A stretch of DNA of 49,519 bases, taken from contig CAYSWQ010000004.1 of NCBI GenBank assembly GCA_964434885.1, positions 5,702 through 55,220 on the forward strand, in the 5' to 3' direction. The notes beneath the pieces are model-generated. The model was not told the DNA's origin and did no database searches. It was given only the letters and a program-made list of their open reading frames with translations. The position numbers and the translations under genes were made by a program. The DNA is from an uncultured Methanosarcinales archaeon (GTDB lineage: Archaea; Nanobdellota; Nanobdellia; Woesearchaeales; GW2011-AR9). Shown one piece after another: positions 35,504 to 46,176 of this stretch; within the stretch, counting starts at the first letter, position 1; the number at the start of each line of letters is the position of its first letter.

Positions 35504-35838
35504 TCGTCTATTTCCAGATCTTCACCAAAATCTTCGGTTTCTTCATAATCTTTAGAATAAACTGGTTCTTCTTCTGCTTCTTCTTGAGTAACAGTAGCAA
35601 ACTTTTGACGTCTAACTGGTCTTTCTGGTTTTTCTAGTTTTTTAACTACTTCAGCAAAAGCAGCATTCTGTAAAACTTTTTTAACTTTGATTTTTACATA
35701 TTCTCCTTTTTTGGTGCCGGCAACAAAAATCACAAACCCTTTAATTTTAGCGATGCCATCTCCTTTAGCACCCACAGATTCTATTTCTACTTCATATTCT
35801 TGCCCTTCATTAATCGGAGCATTTTTTTCTTCATGCAT
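35500..35838 (-). CDS. Single TRAM-domain RNA-binding protein
   Basis: PINEGQEYEVEI...KGDGIAKIKGFVIFV, acidic tail. Confidence 0.92.
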   Translation of the reverse strand: MHEEKNAPINEGQEYEVEIESVGAKGDGIAKIKGFVIFVAGTKKGEYVKIKVKKVLQNAAFAEVVKKLEKPERPVRRQKFATVTQEEAEEEPVYSKDYEETEDFGEDLEIDE

Positions 35839-35991
35839 TTAGTTTACCTCCTAGTTGGTTTTTATTAATTAAATGATTATCTACAAATTTATTTAGAATT
35901 ATTTCTACCATAGAATTAGATTTTGATTGTTTATTTTTATATTCATGACTTTAGATTAAAAATAGTTAAGGTTTATTTAAATGTTTTGGCT

Positions 35992-37071
35992 TTAAGGTAG
36001 CCAGGTCTTCTCGTTTTTCAATTTCTTTGGTAAGTAATCAGAAATAACGAAGTTTAATCCATGTTTAGCTAAAGCTTGCTGCTCTGCCCTAACTTTCATC
36101 TTGTGCATTTCTTTTAATGCTTTTTGCCAAGGACGATGATGTTTGATGAAAGGGTCGTTTTTGATTAAGTCTTTTATTTTTTTGATATCTACTTCTTTCA
36201 AAGGATGAGTAGGTAATTTGTAATCAATGATATCTTGAGGAGTAATACCTATAAATTTAGCCTGAGGAACACAGAAATATTCATTAATATGGGCAGCATT
36301 ACCAGAACCAACTTTTAAGGTCCTGTAAATAGACCCAAACCCATAAGGGTCTCCATCTGTGAAAACATAAACAGGTATTTTTTGGTCATCACTCAATCTT
36401 CGAATAAATCTTCGACAAGCCCGAGTGGGAACTCCTCCCATGGAAACTAAAATACAATTGGCTTTCTTCCAGTAATTGTGCTTAACTAGTCTTTGAAACA
36501 TACCTGCAGTTTCAATTGCTAAGATAAATTTAGCTTTAGTTTCAAATTTTAAATGTTCTACAGAAATGGGAATGGAATAAGCACCAGAACCAAATTTAGT
36601 GCAATCTATCTTTAATGGTTTTTTAGTATCTGGATCTTGATCAATAACAATTAACTTCCCAGCAATATCTCCTCCTTTTTCCTCTGGAATAAAACCTAGT
36701 TGCTCCCGATTAATCATCATCATTGCTTCAACATCATCCATTACAGTATCAGATTCAGGTTGTTCTTTGAAACGAGCATCTCCCCAGTTCTTAGAAACAT
36801 AGTAAGCTTCCCTCTTAGTAGCCATATCATCAGTTTCAGTAATATTCTTAGATAATGCCATCATCCTTAAAGTTTGAGCAAAAGTTTTGATGGTGGAAGC
36901 GGTTAAGGTTCTTTCTTTCATCTTACCCATCAATTCAAAATAACCATCGTTAGGATCATATTGGACATTACTTAGACTACGTAAAGGCATTTGTAATTCT
37001 GGTTGTTTTCTTTTCAAAATAGTAGAATAAACCATATTCGCTATTTTTTTGATTTTTTCTGCAGTATTCAT
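35992..37071 (-). CDS. top6A: DNA topoisomerase VI subunit A
   Basis: TKREAYY (catalytic Tyr), AIET, TDGDPYG Toprim, AEQQAL. Confidence 0.97.
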   Translation of the reverse strand: MNTAEKIKKIANMVYSTILKRKQPELQMPLRSLSNVQYDPNDGYFELMGKMKERTLTASTIKTFAQTLRMMALSKNITETDDMATKREAYYVSKNWGDARFKEQPESDTVMDDVEAMMMINREQLGFIPEEKGGDIAGKLIVIDQDPDTKKPLKIDCTKFGSGAYSIPISVEHLKFETKAKFILAIETAGMFQRLVKHNYWKKANCILVSMGGVPTRACRRFIRRLSDDQKIPVYVFTDGDPYGFGSIYRTLKVGSGNAAHINEYFCVPQAKFIGITPQDIIDYKLPTHPLKEVDIKKIKDLIKNDPFIKHHRPWQKALKEMHKMKVRAEQQALAKHGLNFVISDYLPKKLKNEKTWLP

Positions 37072-38807
37072 ATTAATTTAGTTTGTTCTGTTTTTTTTGT
37101 TTCTTTGTTTTCTTCGGCTTTTGGTTGGGAAGTGTTTTCTTTTGATTCAACTGGTGCCTCTTTCGGTTTATCGGTTGTTTCTTTCTTTACTTTTTCTTCT
37201 TTTCCTATCTTAGCCAATTCTGGATCATAATCTGGATTGTCAATTTTAATTTCTTCTAACTTACCTCTTGAACTTTCTAAGATTTGATGAAGCATCTCTT
37301 CAACTTTTTCCGGATCTTCAATATCAATCAATTCTTTCAAGGCTTCTGAAATATGAGGAATATAAGTTTCAATGTAAGATCTCTTTTTAGATTCAGCTTT
37401 AATTCTTTTTTTCTTGTTAATAAACATGCCTAATTTCCTTCCACATTCTCGAACCGCTAATTTAGCTTCTTTAATGATTTCTGGATAATGGGCTAAAGCC
37501 TCTTTAGCTTCGGAAGTAAAAGGTACCCACACTGAACTCATGTGGACAACAATAGATACTGGGCCAGCAGGTAAGCTATTTCTGCTTTGACTTAACCCGT
37601 AAGGCCTCCAATTAGTATGTTGAATTGAATTAGTAATAGCACAAGCCCCTTGTTGATACAATAAAGGAACACGATTAGCAAATCTCATTACTCGCATGCT
37701 TTTATCTGCTTCTTGTTCTCCCCCATAAGCCAAAGCAGCTTCGATAATGAAAGGGTTTCCCCGATAAACTGAAGGGGGCCGAGTAACAGAACAATAAAAT
37801 TCTGCATTGATTTCTTTTCTTAATCCTTTTTCTAATAATTCATCAGTAATTGGAGAAATACAATCAGTAGGGGGAGAAATGATTTTGGTTTTTTTGATTC
37901 CGTTGTATAATTGTTCTGCCATATCTCGGGAAACTTTTTTTGGTTTGGCATTTGGTAATAAAGCAGCATTTTCACAGATTTGTTTAGCAGTACCTGCTCC
38001 AACCCGAGAAAAATCTTGACATAAAAAAGCTTGCAAAGTTCTAGCAGGTGAAGTAGATAACATTTTAATCAACATCCCCAATTCTACTCCATAAGGGTGA
38101 GGTTTGATTTCTTTTACTTCTGGTGGCAAGCCTTCGGTTGCTCTGGGAAAAATAAATTGTTGTGCTTCTGGATTAGTGTAGATAAAAGTAGCATGAGGAT
38201 TAACAATTGCAGTTTCTTTGATATATTCATCAACAGATTGTTTACTTTTCATATAACTTCCTTCTAACTCTATCTCAATCTTAGTGCCGTGTTCTTTGTC
38301 TTCCCATTCTACTTCCCGGTCTTGTTGTAAATCTGGGTTGTTGGTTTGGGTGTTGATTTTTAATTTAATTTGATTGGCTGGTTGGTTTTTTCCAGTTTTA
38401 GAAGTAATGGTGGCTGGTTTTCCAGTAGTAAGTTGGCCGTACAAAACTGCGGCAGAAATACCAATTCCTTGTTGTCCTCTAGTTTGAGATAACTTGTGGA
38501 ATTTTGAACCATATAGAAGTTTAGCAAAAATCTTAGGTAATTGTTTTTTTACAATTCCTGGGCCGTTGTCTTCTAGAATAACTTTGAATCGTAATTCAGC
38601 TAATTGAATAATTTCAACATTAATTTCAGGTAGAATTCTAGCTTCTTCACAAGCATCTAAAGCATTGTCTACTCCTTCTTTAACAGCAGTAAGTAACGCT
38701 CTTCTGGGATTGTCAAATCCTAAAAGGTGTCTATTTTTCTCAAAGAATTCAGCGATGGAAATCTGTCTTTGTTTAGTTGCTAATTCTTCTGCGCTTTTAC
38801 GAGCCAT
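37068..38807 (-). CDS. top6B: DNA topoisomerase VI subunit B
   Basis: [45 protein letters not shown]. Confidence 0.97.
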   Translation of the reverse strand: MARKSAEELATKQRQISIAEFFEKNRHLLGFDNPRRALLTAVKEGVDNALDACEEARILPEINVEIIQLAELRFKVILEDNGPGIVKKQLPKIFAKLLYGSKFHKLSQTRGQQGIGISAAVLYGQLTTGKPATITSKTGKNQPANQIKLKINTQTNNPDLQQDREVEWEDKEHGTKIEIELEGSYMKSKQSVDEYIKETAIVNPHATFIYTNPEAQQFIFPRATEGLPPEVKEIKPHPYGVELGMLIKMLSTSPARTLQAFLCQDFSRVGAGTAKQICENAALLPNAKPKKVSRDMAEQLYNGIKKTKIISPPTDCISPITDELLEKGLRKEINAEFYCSVTRPPSVYRGNPFIIEAALAYGGEQEADKSMRVMRFANRVPLLYQQGACAITNSIQHTNWRPYGLSQSRNSLPAGPVSIVVHMSSVWVPFTSEAKEALAHYPEIIKEAKLAVRECGRKLGMFINKKKRIKAESKKRSYIETYIPHISEALKELIDIEDPEKVEEMLHQILESSRGKLEEIKIDNPDYDPELAKIGKEEKVKKETTDKPKEAPVESKENTSQPKAEENKETKKTEQTKLI

Positions 38808-38862
38808 GTTTTATGGAAAAAATATTGTGTTTATAATGGTTTTGTTTTGAATTGGAGGTATG

Positions 38863-40038
38863 TTAGTTTTTTTCTTTCAAAAAAAGGTATAATATTGGGA
38901 CTACTAACATGGCCAAAGCTGAAATTCTAAAAGCAGTGGTGATAGAATAAATCTCTGCAAAATAACCAATTAAAGGAGAGAAAATAGAAAAACCCAACGC
39001 AGCCATCAAATTATGGACTGAATTAATGGTGGCCCGTTTACTTGATTCTACTTCTAAATTAATTAAATGATCAATAACCGGGTTTCTAAGTCCAAAAAAA
39101 ATTGCTGGAATCATAAAAACTAAGATGGCATAATTTTTTGTTAACAATGTGGCAATTACAATCAACAAAGGAGAAAAAATAGCAGAAATAATTATGGTTA
39201 GTTTATTGCCTATCTTTTCTGAAATATCATGAGCAATAAAATGTCCTAACGAAGATAATCCAAAAATAATGGCTGCCACCCACCCAAATAATTCTAGGGA
39301 TAATCCCTTAGCTTTGAAAAAAATTGGATTCAATAAATGAATTGTTTCCCCAAACGACCAAAGAATGAAACCACCGATTAATAAAATAAATAATTGCTTT
39401 GAATGAATAATTAATTTAAATGAATTTATCATATGTCTAAAGAGATTAGAATCAATTTCTTTGTGATATTTTGGTTCTTTTATGAAAAGGACTAGTAAAG
39501 TCCCCAAAGAGATTGGAATAATGGTGTAAATAACTGGGGTGGCTAATGAAATTTTTGCCATATATCCTCCAATCACAGAACCAACCATTGCACCAAAAGG
39601 CCACAATGAATAATAAATCCCAATTACTTTCTTAAATAATCTTTCCTTATTCTCTTGTTTTAGGGTGTCATATATGATTGCAATATCAGTTCCGCTGAAA
39701 AGACTTGAACCCACTGCATTTAAGACCGCATAAATCAATAAAACATTCATGCTTTTACCAAAGTAAAGGAAAACTAATGAGCCGATGTAAATAATTGCTC
39801 CCAGGATGAGAGTTTTTTTTCTACCAAACAAATCAGCAAAGGCACCTGAAGGAACTTCTAATACTGCTGAAACAAAAGCCATAACTGAGAAAATAAGCGC
39901 CACATTAGTAACAGTTAGTAAACTTTCTTGTAAGTATAAGCCCCAAATAGCTAAGAAAAAATGCATCCCCCACAAAAACATAGCAGAGTAAATAATCCAA
40001 ATATTCTTTGATTTAATCCCATACTTCTTCAAAAACAT
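38863..40038 (-). CDS. MFS transporter
   Basis: EVPSGAFADLFGRKKTL motif A, SGTDIAIIYD, about 12 hydrophobic segments. Confidence 0.92.
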   Translation of the reverse strand: MFLKKYGIKSKNIWIIYSAMFLWGMHFFLAIWGLYLQESLLTVTNVALIFSVMAFVSAVLEVPSGAFADLFGRKKTLILGAIIYIGSLVFLYFGKSMNVLLIYAVLNAVGSSLFSGTDIAIIYDTLKQENKERLFKKVIGIYYSLWPFGAMVGSVIGGYMAKISLATPVIYTIIPISLGTLLVLFIKEPKYHKEIDSNLFRHMINSFKLIIHSKQLFILLIGGFILWSFGETIHLLNPIFFKAKGLSLELFGWVAAIIFGLSSLGHFIAHDISEKIGNKLTIIISAIFSPLLIVIATLLTKNYAILVFMIPAIFFGLRNPVIDHLINLEVESSKRATINSVHNLMAALGFSIFSPLIGYFAEIYSITTAFRISALAMLVVPILYLFLKEKN

Positions 40039-40068
40039 ATTAAAATGAAATTAATTGGTTATTTAAAA

Positions 40069-40632
40069 TTATCCAAAGAGCATTTCTTTCTTTTTCTTTT
40101 CTAAGAATTGGAAAACGGTTTTGTGCATTGAACCTTGTAATAACATAGCGATTGCTTGTCTAGCTATGTAGACATCGTTGGTTTCTCCAATAATGCCAAT
40201 CGTTTTACCATAGACAGAAATATAAGTGTTAGTCAATCTTTCAATCTCTTCTCTTGATTTTCCAGCTTTGCCAATGACTCGGCCTTTTAATCTTAACATG
40301 GTGTTTTTTGATTTTCCAGCAATGTCTTTCATATCAATCATTTCTAAAGCATAATCTGTTTTTATTAGTTGTAAAGCAATTTTAGGATTAAATCCTCGTG
40401 CAATTGCTCTAACAATTTCTCGAGCAGTGTATAATAGCATGGCATCTTCTCCATTAATAGTAACATCTCCTTCAGAAGTAATGTCAATTTCAGTTTTGGT
40501 TTCTGCTTCAATCTCTTTTTTGGTTTTTCCTTCTTCTCCAATCAAAACAGCCACTCTTTCTTCGGGGATTTTAATCTCGTAAGAGAATTCTTGCAGTTCT
40601 GTTTTCTTTTGTTTTTCTTTGGATTCTGCCAT
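40069..40632 (-). CDS. KH-domain rRNA-processing protein (Dim2/Pno1)
   Basis: IPEERVAVLIG, AIARGF, KGRVIGKAGK. Confidence 0.92.
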   Translation of the reverse strand: MAESKEKQKKTELQEFSYEIKIPEERVAVLIGEEGKTKKEIEAETKTEIDITSEGDVTINGEDAMLLYTAREIVRAIARGFNPKIALQLIKTDYALEMIDMKDIAGKSKNTMLRLKGRVIGKAGKSREEIERLTNTYISVYGKTIGIIGETNDVYIARQAIAMLLQGSMHKTVFQFLEKKKKEMLFG

Positions 40633-40670
40633 TTAATGTATATTTTAAACCGGTTTTTTAAGATTTTACT

Positions 40671-41369
40671 TTATTTCTTGATGTTCTGCAGGGTTTCACT
40701 TAATTCTCTTTTAATTTTAAGTTTCTTAAAAAATTGTAAGACATTTTTAATGTCTCTTTCTAAGAGTTCTTCTGAATTAGGAGTTTTAACTAATGTGGCT
40801 TGAGAAAAATCAATCAAATATGGTTTTTCGTTGTGATTCAAGATGTTAAAAGCAGATAAATCTCCATGAATTAAGCCAAATTTGTATAATTTTCTAACTT
40901 GGGAAATTATTTCTTCTAAGAATTTTTCTGGGTTTTCAGGAGGAGAATCTTTTAATTGAGGGGCAGGTTCGCCAATCATCTCTTCAATCAAAACGTTGTT
41001 CTTGATAGCAATTGATTTTGGAGAATTTATATGGGCGTTTTCAGCTTTGATTAAATTGCGATATTCTCTTTGCACCCAAGCCAAAATAATCTGTCTTCGA
41101 TGTTTATTCAAATGTTGATAACGAATATCTTTTTTAATATAAGAAAACATAATGTTGAAATCACAATTTTGAATACGATAGATTTTGATGATTATGGGGG
41201 CGTTATCTTTTTTAGCGATAAAAACATTGCTTTCCTTACCTACAAACAAAGGGGAAACCAATTCATCAAAGTAACCTTTGCTTTGTAATTCAAAGAGATT
41301 GCGATTAGTAAACTCATCGAAAACTCCCTTGAGAGTTTTAAAACGTTCTTGGTAAGTGAAAGTAGTCAT
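40671..41369 (-). CDS. rio1: RIO1-family serine kinase
   Basis: GKESNVF, KIYR, WVQREYRNL, IHGDLSAFNIL, IDFSQ. Confidence 0.93.
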   Translation of the reverse strand: MTTFTYQERFKTLKGVFDEFTNRNLFELQSKGYFDELVSPLFVGKESNVFIAKKDNAPIIIKIYRIQNCDFNIMFSYIKKDIRYQHLNKHRRQIILAWVQREYRNLIKAENAHINSPKSIAIKNNVLIEEMIGEPAPQLKDSPPENPEKFLEEIISQVRKLYKFGLIHGDLSAFNILNHNEKPYLIDFSQATLVKTPNSEELLERDIKNVLQFFKKLKIKRELSETLQNIKK

Positions 41370-41391
41370 AAAAATTAGATTTGAGTAGAGT

Positions 41392-44142
41392 TTATAATCT
41401 TTTTGCCGTGAATAGTTCCATCTGGTGTTGGTCTGGGAGTACTAGTAACATATTGTGGATCTTGCTTTTTTCGCCAAAGATTTTATGGTAGTATAGGTCG
41501 AAGTTGGGATTGAAATCAGTTGGGGTGTAGTAATATACTTTGTCTTTGATTTCGGCTAAGTGTTTTTCTTGTTGTTGAGTGGTGGGTAAGTTAAACATAG
41601 TTAAGTTTTCATTCTGGGAAGACGTGGTCTCCAGAGGTTCAGTCAATGATTCATAATGATGAGTACCATCAAATAAGCTATTTTCACTGGGAATATGATT
41701 AAGATAAAAATAAGTTGGTTTTTCGTTGTGATTCTCAAAACCAGAATGAATATTGTGAGAACGAGTCCAATACATTAATTGTTGAGGTGGAACGTGGTGT
41801 GATTTTAATTGTTGTTTTCGATCTTCTACTAATTCTTTAGCTGTAGAAAATTGTTGATTAAAAACCAAAGCGAGGAAATCTCGAAGTAAATCAGTTTCAA
41901 ATAAAGTTTGATAGTTTAATGGTTTGCTTTTTAATTTGACATGAGCATATTTTCCAGCCAATTTGTAGATAGGTGTTAAATTAGCAGTGAGTAGTAGATC
42001 TAAAGAATGAACAACTCGGAAAAATGGTTCTCGGCCTTGTTTAGGGCCTTTGACAAATAAATACGTTCCATCTTGGAAAGGAACTTCTAAATTATGGCTT
42101 GAAAGGAAGTGTGTTAAGTTATCGGCTTTAGATTGAATTAATTCGGCAAATTCTTGTACTTGTAGGCCATGTAATCCAGCAAATGCTTTTTCTTTGGCTT
42201 GTAATTGAGCATATTTCTGGGCAGCAGCATATAGATTAGTACCATCCAACAATCTAGAAGCTAAACGAGATTGGGTGATGTTTGAAATATAGTTATCAAA
42301 AGTTTCTTGTTGCATTCGACCTTTTTGGACATTGTAAACTCCCCAACGAGAGAATTGATGTAAATCACTAAAGAGTTCTTCAACCATTTGTTCTGTTTCT
42401 TGTACTGTAAACGGAGATAATGAAGTAGAAAAGTCTTGTTGGGTGTTCTGCCAAGACAGGAAGGAAGTGAAGGCTGATTCGATAAATTTGTCTAGATATT
42501 GAGACATGAAAAATTGAATTTCGGAATTGTCAAAATGACGATACTTCTCTTGAAAAAAAGAATCTAACTCAAATCTTTTGTTTAGAGCTGAACGAAGATA
42601 ATCTGCCCAAGGAATATATCCTAATGAAACCCCTTCATGAAAACCTCTCTTTGGTTGATAATTAATACCCTCAGAAATTAAATCTTTTTTGAATTGATGG
42701 GCTTGTTGGACTAATTTTTCTTTTCTTTTTTTTAATTTGGGCACTGCTTTTTCTGGTTGGGGCATAAAAGTACCAACAGCTGCAAAATACTTTCTTTCTC
42801 TTAAATCATTTACTGAATCAGGATTATGAACAGTTCGACCCAATTCTACAAAGAAATGATTACAAAGAGAATTGAGAGATTGAGGAATATGTAAATTTTG
42901 GATTAAATCAACCATTACCTCAACATCTTCGATAGCATAATGGCAGATTTTGTCAGCTGCTTCTAGATTTCCTTGTTCTTTGGATAATCTTTCTAAATGG
43001 CGCATCTCATCGTAGCCAATGCTTTTTTTGAAGTGATCCATTCCCAGAACATGACGAGAAACAGTTTCTAGTTTATGATCTGGTAGAAAATGGAAAGCAG
43101 TCTTAGCGTAACGCATTAGATCAAATACTTGACGACGATCAATTTTCATTCGTTCAAAAAATTTTTTGGCCACTTCAATTTTAGGAAAAAAACGTTCTTG
43201 AGGAGTTTTGTTTTCTCTAATGGCAGATTGGATAGAACGTAAATCATAGGGGGCATTGTAAGCGGAAATCACGGCAGGGTTTTGTTGGTCGACACTACAA
43301 ATAATGCCTTCCAATAATTTGGCTTCAGAAGAGTAATGATAAATATTATAATTTAGGTAGAAACCATTAGAAGTTTCTCTTAAAGTGTGTACTTCTCTTT
43401 GGTAAACTCGAGAATCTAAATCGAGATAACACATCGTAACCCAAGAAATTTCTTCATCAGGGTCTCCATACAATGGTTTTTCAATATCCAACAAAAGCCA
43501 TTTTTGTTGTTTCATGTTGGAAAGAGATAATTGATTTTCAAATTGAATATGGTTAAAATCTGAAAGAACTACTTCTAAACCTGTTTTTTTTAATTCGAAA
43601 CTAAAACCACTTGACCCAGGTAAAGAATGATAAAGTTGGGCAATTCTCCTAGGTGTTTCTGTTTCTGGGAGTTGATTAGAATTTAATTGGGATTGTAAAG
43701 TTGATATTTGTTGATTAAAACAGCGAGTAACATAAGATTTAGCTCGGCCAGCTAGATTTTGTTGGTTTTCAGTTCTAATTAAATCAACCAAAGAATTAAT
43801 TTCTTGTTGCTTGGTAAGTAATTCTTGCAAAGGAGTAGATAACTGAATAGCAGTATTGGCATTGGATGTTCTCCATCTTAATTGCTTGATATAATTGCCC
43901 CGGATGAATTCTGGAGGGAGAGTAGTAGCCTGGGAAATAGGAGCAGATACTTGAATTACTTGATTACTGATTATTTTTTCTAAAGAATTATCTAAATTAC
44001 GTAGTAAATTAACTCTTTTATTTTGGCTTAATCTTTTAGTTGGGAAAAGATGATTATAATCTAGAAAAATCTCCCCTTTTCCATCAATTATCAGCAAAGG
44101 TCTCTTTTTCTTGATTCCAACATGGGTAAGAAGTTGAAACAT
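41392..44142 (-). CDS. Family B DNA polymerase-derived protein: DEDDy 3'-5' exonuclease with degenerate polymerase region
   Basis: ExoI LLDIEKP, ExoII AYNAPYDL, VFDLM, HKLETVS, ExoIII YAIEDVE; no DxxSLYPS, KxxxNSxYG or YGDTDS. Confidence 0.75.
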   Translation of the reverse strand: MFQLLTHVGIKKKRPLLIIDGKGEIFLDYNHLFPTKRLSQNKRVNLLRNLDNSLEKIISNQVIQVSAPISQATTLPPEFIRGNYIKQLRWRTSNANTAIQLSTPLQELLTKQQEINSLVDLIRTENQQNLAGRAKSYVTRCFNQQISTLQSQLNSNQLPETETPRRIAQLYHSLPGSSGFSFELKKTGLEVVLSDFNHIQFENQLSLSNMKQQKWLLLDIEKPLYGDPDEEISWVTMCYLDLDSRVYQREVHTLRETSNGFYLNYNIYHYSSEAKLLEGIICSVDQQNPAVISAYNAPYDLRSIQSAIRENKTPQERFFPKIEVAKKFFERMKIDRRQVFDLMRYAKTAFHFLPDHKLETVSRHVLGMDHFKKSIGYDEMRHLERLSKEQGNLEAADKICHYAIEDVEVMVDLIQNLHIPQSLNSLCNHFFVELGRTVHNPDSVNDLRERKYFAAVGTFMPQPEKAVPKLKKRKEKLVQQAHQFKKDLISEGINYQPKRGFHEGVSLGYIPWADYLRSALNKRFELDSFFQEKYRHFDNSEIQFFMSQYLDKFIESAFTSFLSWQNTQQDFSTSLSPFTVQETEQMVEELFSDLHQFSRWGVYNVQKGRMQQETFDNYISNITQSRLASRLLDGTNLYAAAQKYAQLQAKEKAFAGLHGLQVQEFAELIQSKADNLTHFLSSHNLEVPFQDGTYLFVKGPKQGREPFFRVVHSLDLLLTANLTPIYKLAGKYAHVKLKSKPLNYQTLFETDLLRDFLALVFNQQFSTAKELVEDRKQQLKSHHVPPQQLMYWTRSHNIHSGFENHNEKPTYFYLNHIPSENSLFDGTHHYESLTEPLETTSSQNENLTMFNLPTTQQQEKHLAEIKDKVYYYTPTDFNPNFDLYYHKIFGEKSKIHNMLLVLPDQHQMELFTAKRL

Positions 44143-44222
44143 ACAATATCAGAATTAAAAAATTTATATAAGTTCTTTGATTGGTTTTAAAGTTTTTAAC
44201 TACTTAATAATAGCAATAAAAC

Positions 44223-44237
44223 CGAAAGATTTATAAA
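44223..44237 (+). promoter_or_regulatory. BRE-TATA promoter with no ORF behind it
   Basis: cgaaaga-TTTATAAA, the same 15 nt as the ARH promoter. Confidence 0.7.
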
Positions 44238-44257
44238 GAGACACCACTTTGAAGTGA

Positions 44258-44403
44258 TAAACACCTCTAAAAACCACCTCTTTTCGCTCGAAGGGAAATT
44301 TATTCTCTTCAGCGTCCCAAAGGCTTTTTGCCTTTGTGGACCTCGGTAAACGGGAAATCATCTCACTTCGGTGTTAATGATACCATGTTTGCCGAGGTTT
44401 TTT
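44258..44403 (+). ncRNA. Candidate ~145-nt three-hairpin small RNA
   Basis: Promoter, three adjacent stems (44285-44314, 44315-44340, 44341-44397 with cUUCGg loop), then T6. Confidence 0.6.
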
Positions 44404-44477
44404 CATTTACTTGCAATATTGCAAAAATGGAATAAAAAAGCAGAGGTTTTATATATTAGAGACCACATCACATTTAC

Positions 44478-44800
44478 AAAGCCCGATTGAGTTAAGCTTT
44501 GGGAGTTTTGCATCTGCATGCAATGACCAGAGAGGTTACGTTCGGGCTTCATAATCAATAGAAAAATAGAATATTCATCACTCAAAATCATCATTTAAGT
44601 TAAGTATGTATGAAGCCAAAATTAAAGTACGGCTAAAAGATTATTCTATTTTTCTAACACAATAAGTAAATAATTAATGGCCTGCATAGTGTGGGTATTT
44701 AGTTATTCACTAAACAACGAGAAGGAGCATATTCATGTTTATCATTCAATCACTCACAAAAGTACAAGATTTGATTGAGATAAAGTGCTCTTTCTAAAAA
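44478..44800 (+). ncRNA. Candidate long structured RNA or 5' leader of dnaG
   Basis: TTTATATA at 44448-44455; stems 44479-86/44542-49, 44559-73/44642-56 (15 bp perfect), 44721-30/44785-94, 44746-52/44772-78. Confidence 0.5.
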
Positions 44801-44828
44801 AAGTAACTAAGTTACGGAGAAGATAAAA

Positions 44829-46091
44829 ATGGCAAAGATAAGCCCAGTAGCGGCAAAATATATAGTTCATTCAACAATCAATATTGAAGGAGTGGTTGAT
44901 AAACCAGATGTAATCGGAGCAGTTTTTGGACAAACAGAAGGTTTGTTGGGATCTGATTTAGAATTAAGAGAATTGCAAAGAAGTGGAAAAATTGGAAGAA
45001 TTGAAGTTAATGTAAGTACAAGTTCGGGAAAAACAGCGGGAGAAATTGTTATTCCTAGTTCTTTAGATAAAACAGAAACAGCGATTGTTGGGGCAGCTTT
45101 GGAGATTATTCAAAGGATTGGTCCTTGTAATGCGAAGGTTGAAGTTAAGACTATTGAAGATGTAAGAACAAGCAAAAGAAGTTTTGTGATTGAAAGAGCA
45201 AAAGCTTTGTTAAGAAATCTAACTGAAACGACTTTACCAGATTCTCAAGAAATTTCAGAAGAAGTGGCTAAATCTGTTAGACAGATGGAAATCAAAGAAT
45301 ATGGAAGAGACAGATTAGCAGCAGGTCCAATGATTGAAGAAAGTGAAGAAATTTTAGTGGTAGAAGGAAGAGCAGACGTTCTTAATTTGCTTAAACATGG
45401 AATTAAAAATGCAATTGCTATGAATGGAACTTCTGTTCCAGAAACTATCAAGGAATTGAGTAAAAGAAAATCAATCGTTGGTTTTGTTGATGGTGACCGA
45501 GGAGGAGATTTAATCTTAAGAGAATTGTTAAGTGTAGCAGATTGTGATTTTGTCTGTAAGGCTCCAGATGGAAAGGAAGTAGAAGAAATTACTAAGAAAG
45601 AAATTCATAAAGCTCTGCGAGGAAAGATTACTGCCGAACAAGCAAAAATGGATTTTAAAATTGATGGTAATGGGGCTTTGAAAGAAAAACCAGTTCATGC
45701 TGCTAAGAATTTTCGAGACCGAAAACCAAATTATAAAAAGCCATATCAAAAACCAAATAGGTCAGAACCGAGAAAAGATGTTAAACGTGCAACACAACTT
45801 TCTCCGGAAGAAAAAACTAAATTAAAAGAAACAATCGATGATTTATTTGGAACTCGAGGAGCATGTATCTTAGATAGTCGGTTGAATGTCTTAGGGAAAG
45901 TTCCCAGTTCGGAATTAGTAACAACTGTCAAGAGTGTAAATGAAGGAATTTATGCAATTGTGCTTGATGGTCCAGTTAACGCTGATTTGGTTAAAGTAGC
46001 CAGTAGCTTGAAAGTTAAGCATGTTGTTGGTTCAGAAGTAAAAACCAAAGACACCTATGGTGTTAATGTGTTAAGTGATGATAAGTTGTAG
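44829..46091 (+). CDS. dnaG: Archaeal DnaG-like primase / exosome-associated protein
   Basis: DVIGAVFGQTEGLLG, LRELQRSGKIGRI, VVEGRADV, DGDRGG Toprim. Confidence 0.96.
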   Translation: MAKISPVAAKYIVHSTINIEGVVDKPDVIGAVFGQTEGLLGSDLELRELQRSGKIGRIEVNVSTSSGKTAGEIVIPSSLDKTETAIVGAALEIIQRIGPCNAKVEVKTIEDVRTSKRSFVIERAKALLRNLTETTLPDSQEISEEVAKSVRQMEIKEYGRDRLAAGPMIEESEEILVVEGRADVLNLLKHGIKNAIAMNGTSVPETIKELSKRKSIVGFVDGDRGGDLILRELLSVADCDFVCKAPDGKEVEEITKKEIHKALRGKITAEQAKMDFKIDGNGALKEKPVHAAKNFRDRKPNYKKPYQKPNRSEPRKDVKRATQLSPEEKTKLKETIDDLFGTRGACILDSRLNVLGKVPSSELVTTVKSVNEGIYAIVLDGPVNADLVKVASSLKVKHVVGSEVKTKDTYGVNVLSDDKL

Positions 46092-46176
46092 TTTTTTATT
46101 TTTTAATTAATTCTTTTTTGTTTATTTACTTAATCACACCACAACCTTTTTATCCTTCTGGATTTTACTTTAAGTT

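Noticed and set aside
14618-41288. Plus-strand ORFs overlapping pur, ppsA, top6, MFS and rio1 genes (including 32606-33205 and 34718-34948)
   Set aside because: Antisense shadows of well-identified genes.
44403-44594. 63-aa minus-strand ORF
   Set aside because: No SD or promoter and no motif; the region is better explained by plus-strand promoter and RNA structure.
44258-44800. RNase P RNA, SRP RNA or tRNA identity for the intergenic structures
   Set aside because: I could not find the P4 consensus, the SRP helix-8 motif or a T-loop cloverleaf on either strand; a covariance-model search is still needed.
44143-44828. Replication origin
   Set aside because: No ORB-like repeats with G-strings and no cdc6/orc1 gene nearby.
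45245-45931. Three minus-strand ORFs in dnaG
   Set aside because: Antisense shadows.
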